Positions 18,448-27,013 of a stretch of 32,000 nucleotides of DNA are shown here, piece by piece. Both the position numbers and the translations under genes were made by a program. This DNA comes from Candidatus Kuenenia stuttgartensis (GTDB lineage Bacteria > Planctomycetota > Brocadiia > Brocadiales > Brocadiaceae), in assembly GCF_900232105.1 (NCBI RefSeq), contig NZ_LT934425.1:750001-782000 (forward strand). The letters are read 5' to 3'. The notes under the pieces were generated by a model. That model saw only the letters and a list, made by a program, of their open reading frames with translations. It did no database searches and was not told the origin of the DNA. Each line of letters opens with the position of its first letter. Within the stretch, counting starts at the first letter, position 1.

Positions 18448-18699
18448 CTACAAGTTTGAAATTCCTAAGCCGGCATAGCCAGAACCAAACTAGAAATAAA
18501 AAACATGAAAACACTTTCCGGCAGCATAATCAACATTGTGTGTTTATACGCCCTTTATATTTGCTTGACAAGATAAATTAAAGCTAATATCATAACCAAA
18601 CGTCACGTTTTTAACCCGCCGCGATGAGGCTTGCAGCATGGGTAAACCATCAGTACGCCCATCAAAAATAACATAACATTTAACCAATATACCTATACA

Positions 18700-19707
18700 A
18701 TGGAACTTTTGTATCCGGAAAAAGAAAAACCACCATTAATCCTCGTTGTAGATGACGTTGAGGCACACCTTGAACTCATAGAAGCGGTATTGACCACAGA
18801 AAGATATAGGGTTGAAGCTACCACCGACGTAAAAAAAGCCATTCGGTTCACTGAAACTCATTCTCCTGAATTAGCCATTCTGGATGTAATGATGCCGGGG
18901 ATGAATGGCTACGAATTGTGTAAAAGACTGAAGTCTACCTCCAGGAGAAAGTTCTTCCCTATAATCCTCGTGACAAGTCTCAATCAGGTAGAAGACAAAA
19001 TAACAGGACTTGAGGCAGGGGCAGACGATTTTTTCAGCAAACCATTCAACACCCTCGAACTTATTACAAAGATTCGCTCCCTCATTAAACTTGAGAGACT
19101 CCAGGATGAACTGGAATGCTCAGAAGATATAATCTTTACCCTCGCAATTACCATCGAGGCTAAAGATTACTATACAAAAGGACATTCAGAAAGGGTTGGC
19201 AATTTGTCGGCGGAATTTGCCGGTTTTTTAGGATTTCCTGATAAAGATATCATTAGTATCAGAAAAGGCGGCATATTGCACGACATTGGAAAGATTGGAA
19301 TAAATGAAGCAATACTTCTAAAAAGCGCCCGTCTTTCCGAAGATGAAACAACCCTGGTGAGAGACCACCCTGTGATCGGATCAAAAATCTGCAAACCATT
19401 ATATTCCTTACGCCAGGCACTCCCTATTATAAGAAGCCACCACGAGAGATGGGACGGAAAAGGCTACCCTGACGGACTTACGGGCAATGAAATACCTGTT
19501 ATGGCAAGAATGGTAAATATTATTGACACATTCGATGCGATGACGTCTATAAGACCTTACAGGAATGGTGTTTTTACGCGGGAAGAAGTCATAGCCACCA
19601 TGAAGAAGGAAAAAATGTCAGGACAATGGGATCCCCATCTTACGGGAAAATTTATAGAAATGATGGAAAAGCAGTATCTGAATCAATGGCCGCTGAAAAG
19701 AGATTAA
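18700..19707 (+). CDS. Response regulator with REC and HD-GYP domains (probable c-di-GMP phosphodiesterase)
   Basis: 335 aa; ILVVDDVEAHLELIEAVL, LDVMMPGMNGYEL, SKPF; HSERV, GGILHDIGKIGI, HHERWDGKGYPDGLTGNEIPVMARMVNIIDTFDAMTS. Confidence 0.95.
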   Translation: MELLYPEKEKPPLILVVDDVEAHLELIEAVLTTERYRVEATTDVKKAIRFTETHSPELAILDVMMPGMNGYELCKRLKSTSRRKFFPIILVTSLNQVEDKITGLEAGADDFFSKPFNTLELITKIRSLIKLERLQDELECSEDIIFTLAITIEAKDYYTKGHSERVGNLSAEFAGFLGFPDKDIISIRKGGILHDIGKIGINEAILLKSARLSEDETTLVRDHPVIGSKICKPLYSLRQALPIIRSHHERWDGKGYPDGLTGNEIPVMARMVNIIDTFDAMTSIRPYRNGVFTREEVIATMKKEKMSGQWDPHLTGKFIEMMEKQYLNQWPLKRD

Positions 19708-19810
19708 CGTTAATGAGTCTGTGATTGGCTCATAGCAATCTGGCTAATGGCTATCGTTTTTAATCTGTACTACTATCCATCAACTCGTGGCTAAATAAAA
19801 AGGAGACTAT

Positions 19811-19999
19811 GTGAAAAATATAACACTTGAAACTATTTGCAAAAAGATTACTGATCTGCAGCATGATATAAATCTGATTAAGAAGATTCTTTTAGAGGAG
19901 CCAGAGTTACGTGAAGATTTTATTTTACGGATAAGAGATATTGACCTGGAAAGGTCCATTATAGTTGATGACTTCAAAGAGAGATACGGACTAAAATAG
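19811..19999 (+). CDS. Small antitoxin-like protein
   Basis: 62 aa, GTG start preceded by AGGAGA, overlaps a downstream RelE/ParE-like reading frame by 1 nt. Confidence 0.65.
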   Translation: MKNITLETICKKITDLQHDINLIKKILLEEPELREDFILRIRDIDLERSIIVDDFKERYGLK

Positions 20000-20265
20000 T
20001 GTATAAGCTTGCCACTAAGGAAAGTCTTGACAAGAAGTTCAAAAGACTTCAGAAAAAAGACAAAGAAATGCTGCGGTTAATTAATCGGAAAGTACAAGAG
20101 ATATTGGCAGATCCTTATCGTTTTAAACCGCTGAAAAAACCATTGCAAAATAAACAAAGAGTTCACGTCTGAGGATCATTCGTTTTGGTTTATGAGATAA
20201 ATAAAAAAGAAAAGATTGTAACACTTTTCGATTTTGATCGTCATGATAATATCTATAAAGATTAA
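19999..20265 (+). pseudogene. RelE/ParE-family toxin interrupted by an in-frame TGA
   Basis: GTG at 19999; VYKLATKESLDKKFKRLQKKDKEMLRLINRKVQEILADPYRFKPLKKPLQNKQRVHV-TGA(20170-20172)-GSFVLVYEINKKEKIVTLFDFDRHDNIYKD-TAA, the same frame throughout. Confidence 0.8.
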
Positions 20266-20291
20266 CTACAGTGTTACGTTTTTTGACATTT

Positions 20292-20450
20292 GAATTTGTT
20301 TCGTATTTCGAATTTGGTTGCGGCCAAAGGCCGCGCCAGGAAATCTGTGGTTCCCTCGTCGGCAGTCTTCAGTCTACAATCGACAATCGGCAATCGGCAA
20401 ATTGCAGATTGAGGACTGAGGATTGCAGATTGAGGATTGATGACTGTTAA
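20292..20450. repeat. Composite intergenic repeat
   Basis: gaatttgtttcgtatttcg (20292-20310), perfect hairpin GCGGCC-AAA-GGCCGC (20320-20334), then short-period text caatcgacaatcggcaatcggcaaattgcagattgaggactgaggattgcagattgaggattga. Confidence 0.6.
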
Positions 20451-20471
20451 CAGATTGTTTCTTTAAATAAT

Positions 20472-23400
20472 ATGGAGTCTGGCAGTATGATAAAAATTGC
20501 CATAGCGGGTGCAGGAAAGGGCGGCAAAGCCCTTCTTGATATATTTCACAACAATGGCGAGACACAGGTAGTCGGCATAACCGATAAGGACAAGAATGCG
20601 CCCGCCCTGCGCCTCGCTAAAGAATGTGGAATTTTTAGTACAGATACCATTGATGAACTCTATTGTCAAAAACCAGACATTATTCTCAACGTTACCGGCA
20701 ACGCTGAGATAAGTGAATATATCAGAAAATCTTCCCCCAATCCTGTAGAGGTTATAGAGGGTACAGGGGCAAGATTCCTCTGGGAATTAGTAAGTAAACA
20801 GCAAGAAGCCAGAAAGGACATGGAGGCACTGTATCAAAGCGGGCTACTCATTACACGATCTAAAAGTTTAACCGGCGCCCTTGACGAGGCGCTTGGTTCC
20901 GCCTTGAGGCTTACGGACACACCTGCCGGGAGCATTGCAATCATTGACGGCGAAGAAATGATTATGGCCTCTCAAAAAGGCTTAAGCCGCGATTTCCTGA
21001 AATCATTGCGATGGAAACCCAGAGGGGATGGCATTACCCGATATATACTGGAACAAACCAAGCCGGTCGAGTTTCAGGATGTTGAGAAGGAACCGATGTT
21101 TAATGATACGGTGATTTTAAAAGAAGGTATAAAATCTCTCCTTGCAGCGCCGCTCCTTCTAAACGGCAGTGTAGTCGGCATACTCTATTTAGACGATTTC
21201 AAGCCACGGGTATTTACCGAAAGACATAAAAACCTCATAAAACTCTTTTCTACAATGGCCGCCCAGACAATTGAAAAGTATAAATTACTCCACGACCTGG
21301 AAGCATCCTTAATGTATTTTCAGGGGATGCTGGATGATTCGGGCGACATAATTATCACCACTGACTGCGAAGGCAATATTGTGAAGTTTTCAAAGGGCGG
21401 CGAGAAAATTTTAGGCTACAAGGAACATGAGATCAGAGGCAAAAAATGCTCCGAACTCTACGTAAATAAAGGGGAACGGACGAATATCCTCGAAGCACTC
21501 AGGGGAAAGAGTTCTCTCTCCAATTATGAAACAACACTCCTCAAAAAAGATAACACCCCGGTTGATATAAGCCTCACTATTTCGGAGTTGCGGGATAAGA
21601 CAGGTAACGTCATAGGCACCGTAGGGATAAGCAAAGACATTACCGAAGAAAAACGCATGAAAGGTGAACTGGAGAAGAAGAATAAGGAACTTGAGGAACT
21701 GACCAACAACCTGGAAGAAAAGGTGCTTGAGAGAACAAACGCGCTTGAAAAAATGAACAGGGAGCTTGTCAGGGCAAACGAACTGAAAGGACGTTTCATC
21801 GCAAACGCAAGCCACGAACTCAGGACACCTCTTCATTCCATAATAGGTTTCTCAGAAATACTGCTCCAAAAAACCTTTGGAGATTTAACCGAAAAACAAC
21901 AAAGATACCTGAACACCATCTTTGGTTCTGCCAAACATCTCCTTTATCTGGTGAATAATATCCTGGATCTGGCAAAAATAGATGCTGGTAAGGCTGAAAT
22001 TTCCTATCAGACATTTCCGGTGAAAAGCGTCATTGATGAAGTATTAGTGGTAATAAGGCCACTTGCGGACCGGAAGATGATAGTGCCTGAGACAGTGGTC
22101 CATCATGACGTCTATTTTACCGCAGACAAGATAAAGTTTAAGCAAATCCTCTACAACCTGATAAGCAATGCAATTAAGTTTACGGCGGATAGCGGCAATG
22201 TAGGCATTGCCATTGAAAAGATAATCAGCGATAAAAAAACCTTCCCATGGGTAACAGAATCGCAGGAGTTCCTTAAGGTCTCCGTGTGGGATACGGGAAT
22301 AGGCATCAAACCGGAAGACAGAGAGCGGATCTTTGAGGAATTTGAGCAGATCGATTCCTCAAAATCCACGGAGGGCACGGGACTCGGCCTTTCGCTTACG
22401 AAAAAACTCGTGGAAATACACGGGGGACATATCACGGTTGAAGGCATTTATGGGCAGGGTTCGGTCTTTAATGTCTACATGCCCTTCATAGTCAGGGAAG
22501 GATACGGTGCTGTAAAGGCATCCATGACTTCCCTGACGGCCTTGCCAGAAGAAGAACAACAAGGGCCACTGATACTTGTGGTGGAAGATGATTTACCGAC
22601 AGCCGAGATTCTGGACATCCATCTTACCCAGGCAGGTTACCGGGCAGCGCATGCCTATGACGGAGAAGAAGCATTACGTAAGGCAAAGGAACTCAGGCCA
22701 TTTGCGATTACCCTTGATATTATGCTTCCAAAAAAAGACGGTTTGGCGGTACTTCAGGAGCTTAAGGCGGATGCGGAAACCAGAAATATTCCGGTAATAA
22801 TCCATTCTATTGTGGAGAATAAAGAGCTGGCTTTTGCCTTGGGGGCAGCAGACTACCTGGTAAAACCAGTGGAAAAGACAACTCTTCTCGAGAAACTTTC
22901 GGAAATGTCTTTTGTCACAAAGAAAAGCCATTTTCCAGTAAACATTCTTGTTATTACCAGCGATGAAACCACCATGGGGACCCTTCATAGCACCATTGAA
23001 AATGAAGGGTTTCTGATGCAGACTGCCACTGATGTTGAAAGTGGACTTAGCCTTGCATTGGCGACAAAGCCGAATTCTATTATCATTGATTTGGGCATAC
23101 AGGAGGGAGGATTTAAAATAATCAGAGAATTTCAGGAAAATCCCGCCTTGAAAGACATACCCATTTTTGCCATTGCCGCAGAAACACTTTCTCCAAACGA
23201 ACGGTTGGAAATGGTAGATCAGATAGAATGGGTTTTATGGAGGGAATCATTAAGCTCAAAATCATTTATAAATCATTTGAAGGATATCGAGATCATGCAC
23301 CCGAAAAGGGCGGGGCTTATTGATGAACTGACCATGATTTTCAATCACCGGTATTTTCAGATACGGCTGGTGCAGGAAACATTGAGGGCGGAACGATATA

Positions 23401-23819
23401 ATCTGCCGCTGGCGCTTATACTTTTCGATATTGATCACTTTGACAACTATGTTGCCCGGAAGGGAGAGTACTATGGCAATCTCGTCATTAAAAAAACCTC
23501 CGGGCTTGTCAAGAAAAACACAAGGGGGTCTGATATTTTTATCCGGTACGGAAACAGCACTTTTGCCCTGCTGCTGACAAATACCATTATGTCGTCCGCA
23601 ACCAACCTCGCAAAGAGATTTGTCTCAACAATCCACGATTATCCGTTCCTTTATGAAGAGGTTCAGCCTATGGGCAAGATCACCATAAGCCTGGGTCTTG
23701 TTGAATTTAAGGCGCAGTCTCCTGAAGAATTCGTCTATGCCGCCGAATTTTCACTCTCTGCTGCAGCAGCAAAGGGCAGAAACAGGGTAGAAGTGTATAG
23801 GAAAGGCGATAAAACATAA
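20472..23819 (+). CDS. Hybrid sensor histidine kinase: Rossmann-like N-terminus, GAF, PAS, HisKA/HATPase, REC, degenerate REC-like, degenerate GGDEF
   Basis: 1115 aa; IKIAIAGAGKGGKALLDIF; PAS DSGDIIITTDCEGNIVKFSKGGEKILGY; H-box FIANASHELRTPLHSIIGFSE; N/G boxes LYNLISNAIKF, DTGIGI, GTGLGLSLTKKLVEIHGG; REC ILVVEDD...LDIMLPKKDG...VKP; C-terminal GGDEF-like fold with RYGNSTFALLL. An in-frame ATG at 20487 is a possible alternative start. Confidence 0.92.
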   Translation: MESGSMIKIAIAGAGKGGKALLDIFHNNGETQVVGITDKDKNAPALRLAKECGIFSTDTIDELYCQKPDIILNVTGNAEISEYIRKSSPNPVEVIEGTGARFLWELVSKQQEARKDMEALYQSGLLITRSKSLTGALDEALGSALRLTDTPAGSIAIIDGEEMIMASQKGLSRDFLKSLRWKPRGDGITRYILEQTKPVEFQDVEKEPMFNDTVILKEGIKSLLAAPLLLNGSVVGILYLDDFKPRVFTERHKNLIKLFSTMAAQTIEKYKLLHDLEASLMYFQGMLDDSGDIIITTDCEGNIVKFSKGGEKILGYKEHEIRGKKCSELYVNKGERTNILEALRGKSSLSNYETTLLKKDNTPVDISLTISELRDKTGNVIGTVGISKDITEEKRMKGELEKKNKELEELTNNLEEKVLERTNALEKMNRELVRANELKGRFIANASHELRTPLHSIIGFSEILLQKTFGDLTEKQQRYLNTIFGSAKHLLYLVNNILDLAKIDAGKAEISYQTFPVKSVIDEVLVVIRPLADRKMIVPETVVHHDVYFTADKIKFKQILYNLISNAIKFTADSGNVGIAIEKIISDKKTFPWVTESQEFLKVSVWDTGIGIKPEDRERIFEEFEQIDSSKSTEGTGLGLSLTKKLVEIHGGHITVEGIYGQGSVFNVYMPFIVREGYGAVKASMTSLTALPEEEQQGPLILVVEDDLPTAEILDIHLTQAGYRAAHAYDGEEALRKAKELRPFAITLDIMLPKKDGLAVLQELKADAETRNIPVIIHSIVENKELAFALGAADYLVKPVEKTTLLEKLSEMSFVTKKSHFPVNILVITSDETTMGTLHSTIENEGFLMQTATDVESGLSLALATKPNSIIIDLGIQEGGFKIIREFQENPALKDIPIFAIAAETLSPNERLEMVDQIEWVLWRESLSSKSFINHLKDIEIMHPKRAGLIDELTMIFNHRYFQIRLVQETLRAERYNLPLALILFDIDHFDNYVARKGEYYGNLVIKKTSGLVKKNTRGSDIFIRYGNSTFALLLTNTIMSSATNLAKRFVSTIHDYPFLYEEVQPMGKITISLGLVEFKAQSPEEFVYAAEFSLSAAAAKGRNRVEVYRKGDKT

Positions 23820-24088
23820 ATACAGTATCAATTTAGAAATACAAGCAGTCATCATGTTTCATTTGCACAACACACAGAAACAATGAAAATGGTTTTATAA
23901 CCATATCGTGTTGTAGTATATGTGCTTAAGCTATTTTTTGTAGTCTTACTTTCGAGGCAGAAGAATAGATGCTGATCAACCCTGTTTTACTGCATGCCGA
24001 CAGGGGGGATTATTGGGGTGTTTGAAACTCCTAAACTTTAAATTAGGTTGGGTTTTTAAAAGACAAAAACCTAACGGCATTCATTTTT

Positions 24089-24143
24089 ACCCACCCCTCC
24101 CAAAAGGAGGAATTTGATAATCCTTCTCTTGGGAGGGGTGGGT
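24089..24143. repeat. GC-rich inverted repeat upstream of the DUF362 gene
   Basis: acccacccctcccaa (24089-24103) and ttgggaggggtgggt (24129-24143), 15-bp perfect arms, 25-nt spacer. Confidence 0.75.
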
Positions 24144-24165
24144 TTGTTCAAAGAAGGATAGAAAT

Positions 24166-25239
24166 ATGAAGTCTAAAGTATATTTTATAAAAACTGAAAA
24201 TGGAGAAAAGGTCCCTTCCCTCGCTGAAAAAGCGGGAAAATTGTTTGATTATGCCAATTTTAAGGACGCCATTAAGAAAAATGACATGGTGGCGGTAAAA
24301 ACAAGTTTCGGCGAAAAAGGGAATATCGGATACCTCAAACCACCAATTATTAAATCAATTGTCAACAAGGTAAAAGAGCATGACGGGAAACCTTTTTTAA
24401 TTGAAACAAACACGTTGTACCTGGGGAGAAGGACAAATGCCGTTGATCATATCGCACATGCGCACGAACATGGTTTCAGTTATGAAAGTGTTGGCGCTCC
24501 GATCATCATCGGAGACGGCCTTTTCGGAGAACATGATGTGCAGGTAGAGATCAACCAGAAAATGTGCAAATATGCCCATGTTGCGGGAGTGGCAAGGGCG
24601 TCCAATGCAATCGTCTCTATTTCCCATGTAACAGGACACCTCGCAACCGGCATGGGGGCAACGTTGAAAAACATCGGGATGGGACTCTCTTCACGCGGTG
24701 GAAAATTATCACAACATTCTGGAGTCATACCGCAGATTCTTAAGAAAAAATGCACCACCTGCGGGGTATGCGGAAAGTGGTGTCCGGTTGGAGCGATTAA
24801 AATTGGGGAAGAATATGCAATCATTGACCCGCAAATATGCATCGGCTGCGGAGAATGCCTGGCAGTATGCCAGTTTCAGGCGGTAAAGATTGCATGGGAC
24901 GAAAATGCCGTAAATCTCCAGAAAAAGGTGGCGGAACACTGTCTTGCTCTTTTAAAGGGAAAAGAAGGGAAGGCGGTTTTCTTTAACTTCCTCACGCACA
25001 TTACCCATCATTGCGATTGTATGGACAAACCCTTTGAGCCTGATATTGCAGACATCGGCATCATCGCCTCATGGGACCCCGTTGCAATTGAAAAAGCGAC
25101 CACCGATCTAATCAGGGAACACATCGGCAAGGACTTTTTTAAGGAATCCTGGCCAAAAATAGATTACACCGTTCAGATGAATTACGCCCAGGAAATAGGT
25201 TTGGGGAGTATGGCGTATGAACTGGTGAGTTGTGGATAA
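24166..25239 (+). CDS. DUF362-type protein with two 4Fe-4S ferredoxin motifs
   Basis: 357 aa; CTTCGVCGKWCP and CIGCGECLAVCQ; N-terminal VYFIKTENGEKVPSLAEKAGKLFDY...VAVKTSFGEKGNIGYLKPP typical of DUF362. Confidence 0.9.
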   Translation: MKSKVYFIKTENGEKVPSLAEKAGKLFDYANFKDAIKKNDMVAVKTSFGEKGNIGYLKPPIIKSIVNKVKEHDGKPFLIETNTLYLGRRTNAVDHIAHAHEHGFSYESVGAPIIIGDGLFGEHDVQVEINQKMCKYAHVAGVARASNAIVSISHVTGHLATGMGATLKNIGMGLSSRGGKLSQHSGVIPQILKKKCTTCGVCGKWCPVGAIKIGEEYAIIDPQICIGCGECLAVCQFQAVKIAWDENAVNLQKKVAEHCLALLKGKEGKAVFFNFLTHITHHCDCMDKPFEPDIADIGIIASWDPVAIEKATTDLIREHIGKDFFKESWPKIDYTVQMNYAQEIGLGSMAYELVSCG

Positions 25240-25275
25240 AAAAATTTGCAACACTTTAATCTTTGAAAAAGTAGA

Positions 25276-25338
25276 GGCGAAGCATTTGCTGTAAATTGTA
25301 ATAAATGTATCCATACCCAAAATGGCAAATGCTTCGCC
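25276..25338. repeat. Inverted repeat between convergent genes with ggcgaagcatttgc arms
   Basis: ggcgaagcatttgc (25276-25289) and gcaaatgcttcgcc (25325-25338), 14-bp perfect arms; a related single arm gcatatgcttcgcccct lies at 16001-16017. Confidence 0.65.
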
Positions 25339-25384
25339 CCCTGCTTTTTCAAAAAACCAAATTGTTATATTTCAACGACTTTCA

Positions 25385-26050
25385 CTAATATTTCGACACA
25401 TTTAATTCTTCCATTTCACCCGTAACCATATATACCGTCCTTTCCGCTATATTTGTCACCCTGTCCGCAATACGTTCCAGATTGTGAGAAACCCATGTAA
25501 GGTAGGTTGCCAGATTGATTATCTTTGGATTACCCATCATCAGCAGCAAAAGTTCGTGGTAAATCTGGTCGTGGAGCGCATCCACTTTATCATCTTCATC
25601 ACATACACTCCTTGCCGCTTCCACATCTCTTTCCATAAAGGCCTTGAGAGATTTTTCCAGCATGGCAATGCCTATCTCCCCCATTCGTGGAATATCAACC
25701 AATGGTTTTATCAAAGGTTCCTCGCCAATCATAATATTTATCTTGGCATTGCCCTCCGCATGATCACCCATCCGTTCAAGGTCGGTTATTATGCTCAGAA
25801 TAGCGGTCAACGTCCTTAAATCCACCGCCAGAGGCTGTTGTGTCGCAATGAGTACAATACATTTCTCCTCAATGTCAAACCGCTTTTTGTTAATCTCCAG
25901 GTCTTTTTTTATAATTTCCTTCGATGCCTCTATGTCTCTGGTTTGCAATGCCTGTATGGAATCCTGTATCGCCTGCGAAACCATTTTCCCCATATCAAGC
26001 ACTTCGTCCTGCAGCGCTTTTAAAGCCTTGTGATATACTTCACGTACCAT
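25385..26050 (-). CDS. phoU: Phosphate transport system regulatory protein PhoU
   Basis: MVREVYHKALKALQDEVLDMGKMVSQAIQDSIQAL...KRFDIEEKCIVLIATQQPLAVDLRTLTAILSIITDLERMGDHA. The supplied ORF starts at 26161, but ATG at 26050 has a GGAGG-type site and matches the usual PhoU N-terminus. Confidence 0.94.
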   Translation of the reverse strand: MVREVYHKALKALQDEVLDMGKMVSQAIQDSIQALQTRDIEASKEIIKKDLEINKKRFDIEEKCIVLIATQQPLAVDLRTLTAILSIITDLERMGDHAEGNAKINIMIGEEPLIKPLVDIPRMGEIGIAMLEKSLKAFMERDVEAARSVCDEDDKVDALHDQIYHELLLLMMGNPKIINLATYLTWVSHNLERIADRVTNIAERTVYMVTGEMEELNVSKY

Positions 26051-26181
26051 AACGTCCCCGCCTCCCCTCTCTTTTAAACCGGCAAAACCCGTCCTTTCCC
26101 AGCACCATAACATGGCGTAATTGTTCCAGGATACCCTGCGAAATAACCGCTGTTTTTGCAATGAAAATTGTTTTCACGTTT

Positions 26182-26949
26182 CTACCCGAACCTGCCCGTT
26201 ATATAATCCTCTGTCCTTTGTTTTTTCGGTTTCGTAAATAATTCAGTCGTATCATCATACTCTACAAGTTCCCCCATCATAAAGAACCCGGTATAATCGG
26301 AAACCCTTGCCGCCTGCTGCATATTGTGGGTTACGATAACCACCGTGTAGTCCTTTTTCAGTTCGACAAGCATGTCCTCTATCTTTGCCGTGGCAATCGG
26401 GTCTAACGCGGAACAAGGTTCGTCGAGAAGTACAATTTCCGGTTCCATGGCGATTGCCCTTGCGATACACACCCTCTGTTGCTGTCCTCCTGACAGTTCA
26501 AGGGCGCTGAGATGGAGGCGGTCCTTTACCTCGTTCCATAGCGCCGCCTTTATAAGCGTCTTTTCGCAGATATCATCCAGTGTATTTTTTTTCTTTATTC
26601 CCAATACACGCGGACCGTACACCACATTCTCATAAATTGTTTTCGGGAACGGGTTTGGTTTCTGGAATACCATGCCAACCCGCTTCCTGAGTTCAGTGAC
26701 ATTGACAGAGGGGTCGTAAATGTCTTTTCCGGCAATCTTAATGGAACCCTCAATCCGCACCCCTTCTATAAGATCATTCATGCGGTTTAAACACCGGATT
26801 AACGTTGACTTTCCGCATCCGGAAGGCCCGATAAACGCTGTGATCATTTTTTCTGAAATATCCAGGTTTATGCCATTCAGGGCTAAATTGTCGCCGTAAT
26901 ACAATTTCAGGTCTGTAATATTAACTACCGGATTAGGTTTTTTTTTCAT
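26182..26949 (-). CDS. pstB: Phosphate ABC transporter ATP-binding protein
   Basis: 255 aa; [64 protein letters not shown]. Confidence 0.97.
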   Translation of the reverse strand: MKKKPNPVVNITDLKLYYGDNLALNGINLDISEKMITAFIGPSGCGKSTLIRCLNRMNDLIEGVRIEGSIKIAGKDIYDPSVNVTELRKRVGMVFQKPNPFPKTIYENVVYGPRVLGIKKKNTLDDICEKTLIKAALWNEVKDRLHLSALELSGGQQQRVCIARAIAMEPEIVLLDEPCSALDPIATAKIEDMLVELKKDYTVVIVTHNMQQAARVSDYTGFFMMGELVEYDDTTELFTKPKKQRTEDYITGRFG

Positions 26950-27013
26950 TTTACCGGGAGAAATGGTACACCTCTCTTGTTTTCAAAATTACTTCTTTAG
27001 AAACATACATCTC

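Noticed and set aside
19999-20265. Selenocysteine or programmed read-through at the toxin TGA
   Set aside because: No obvious SECIS-like hairpin directly after the TGA, and the family is not known to me to use selenocysteine; a nonsense mutation is simpler.
25276-25338. Simple intrinsic terminator call
   Set aside because: Perfect arms but a 35-nt loop and a related single arm elsewhere; recorded as a repeat instead.
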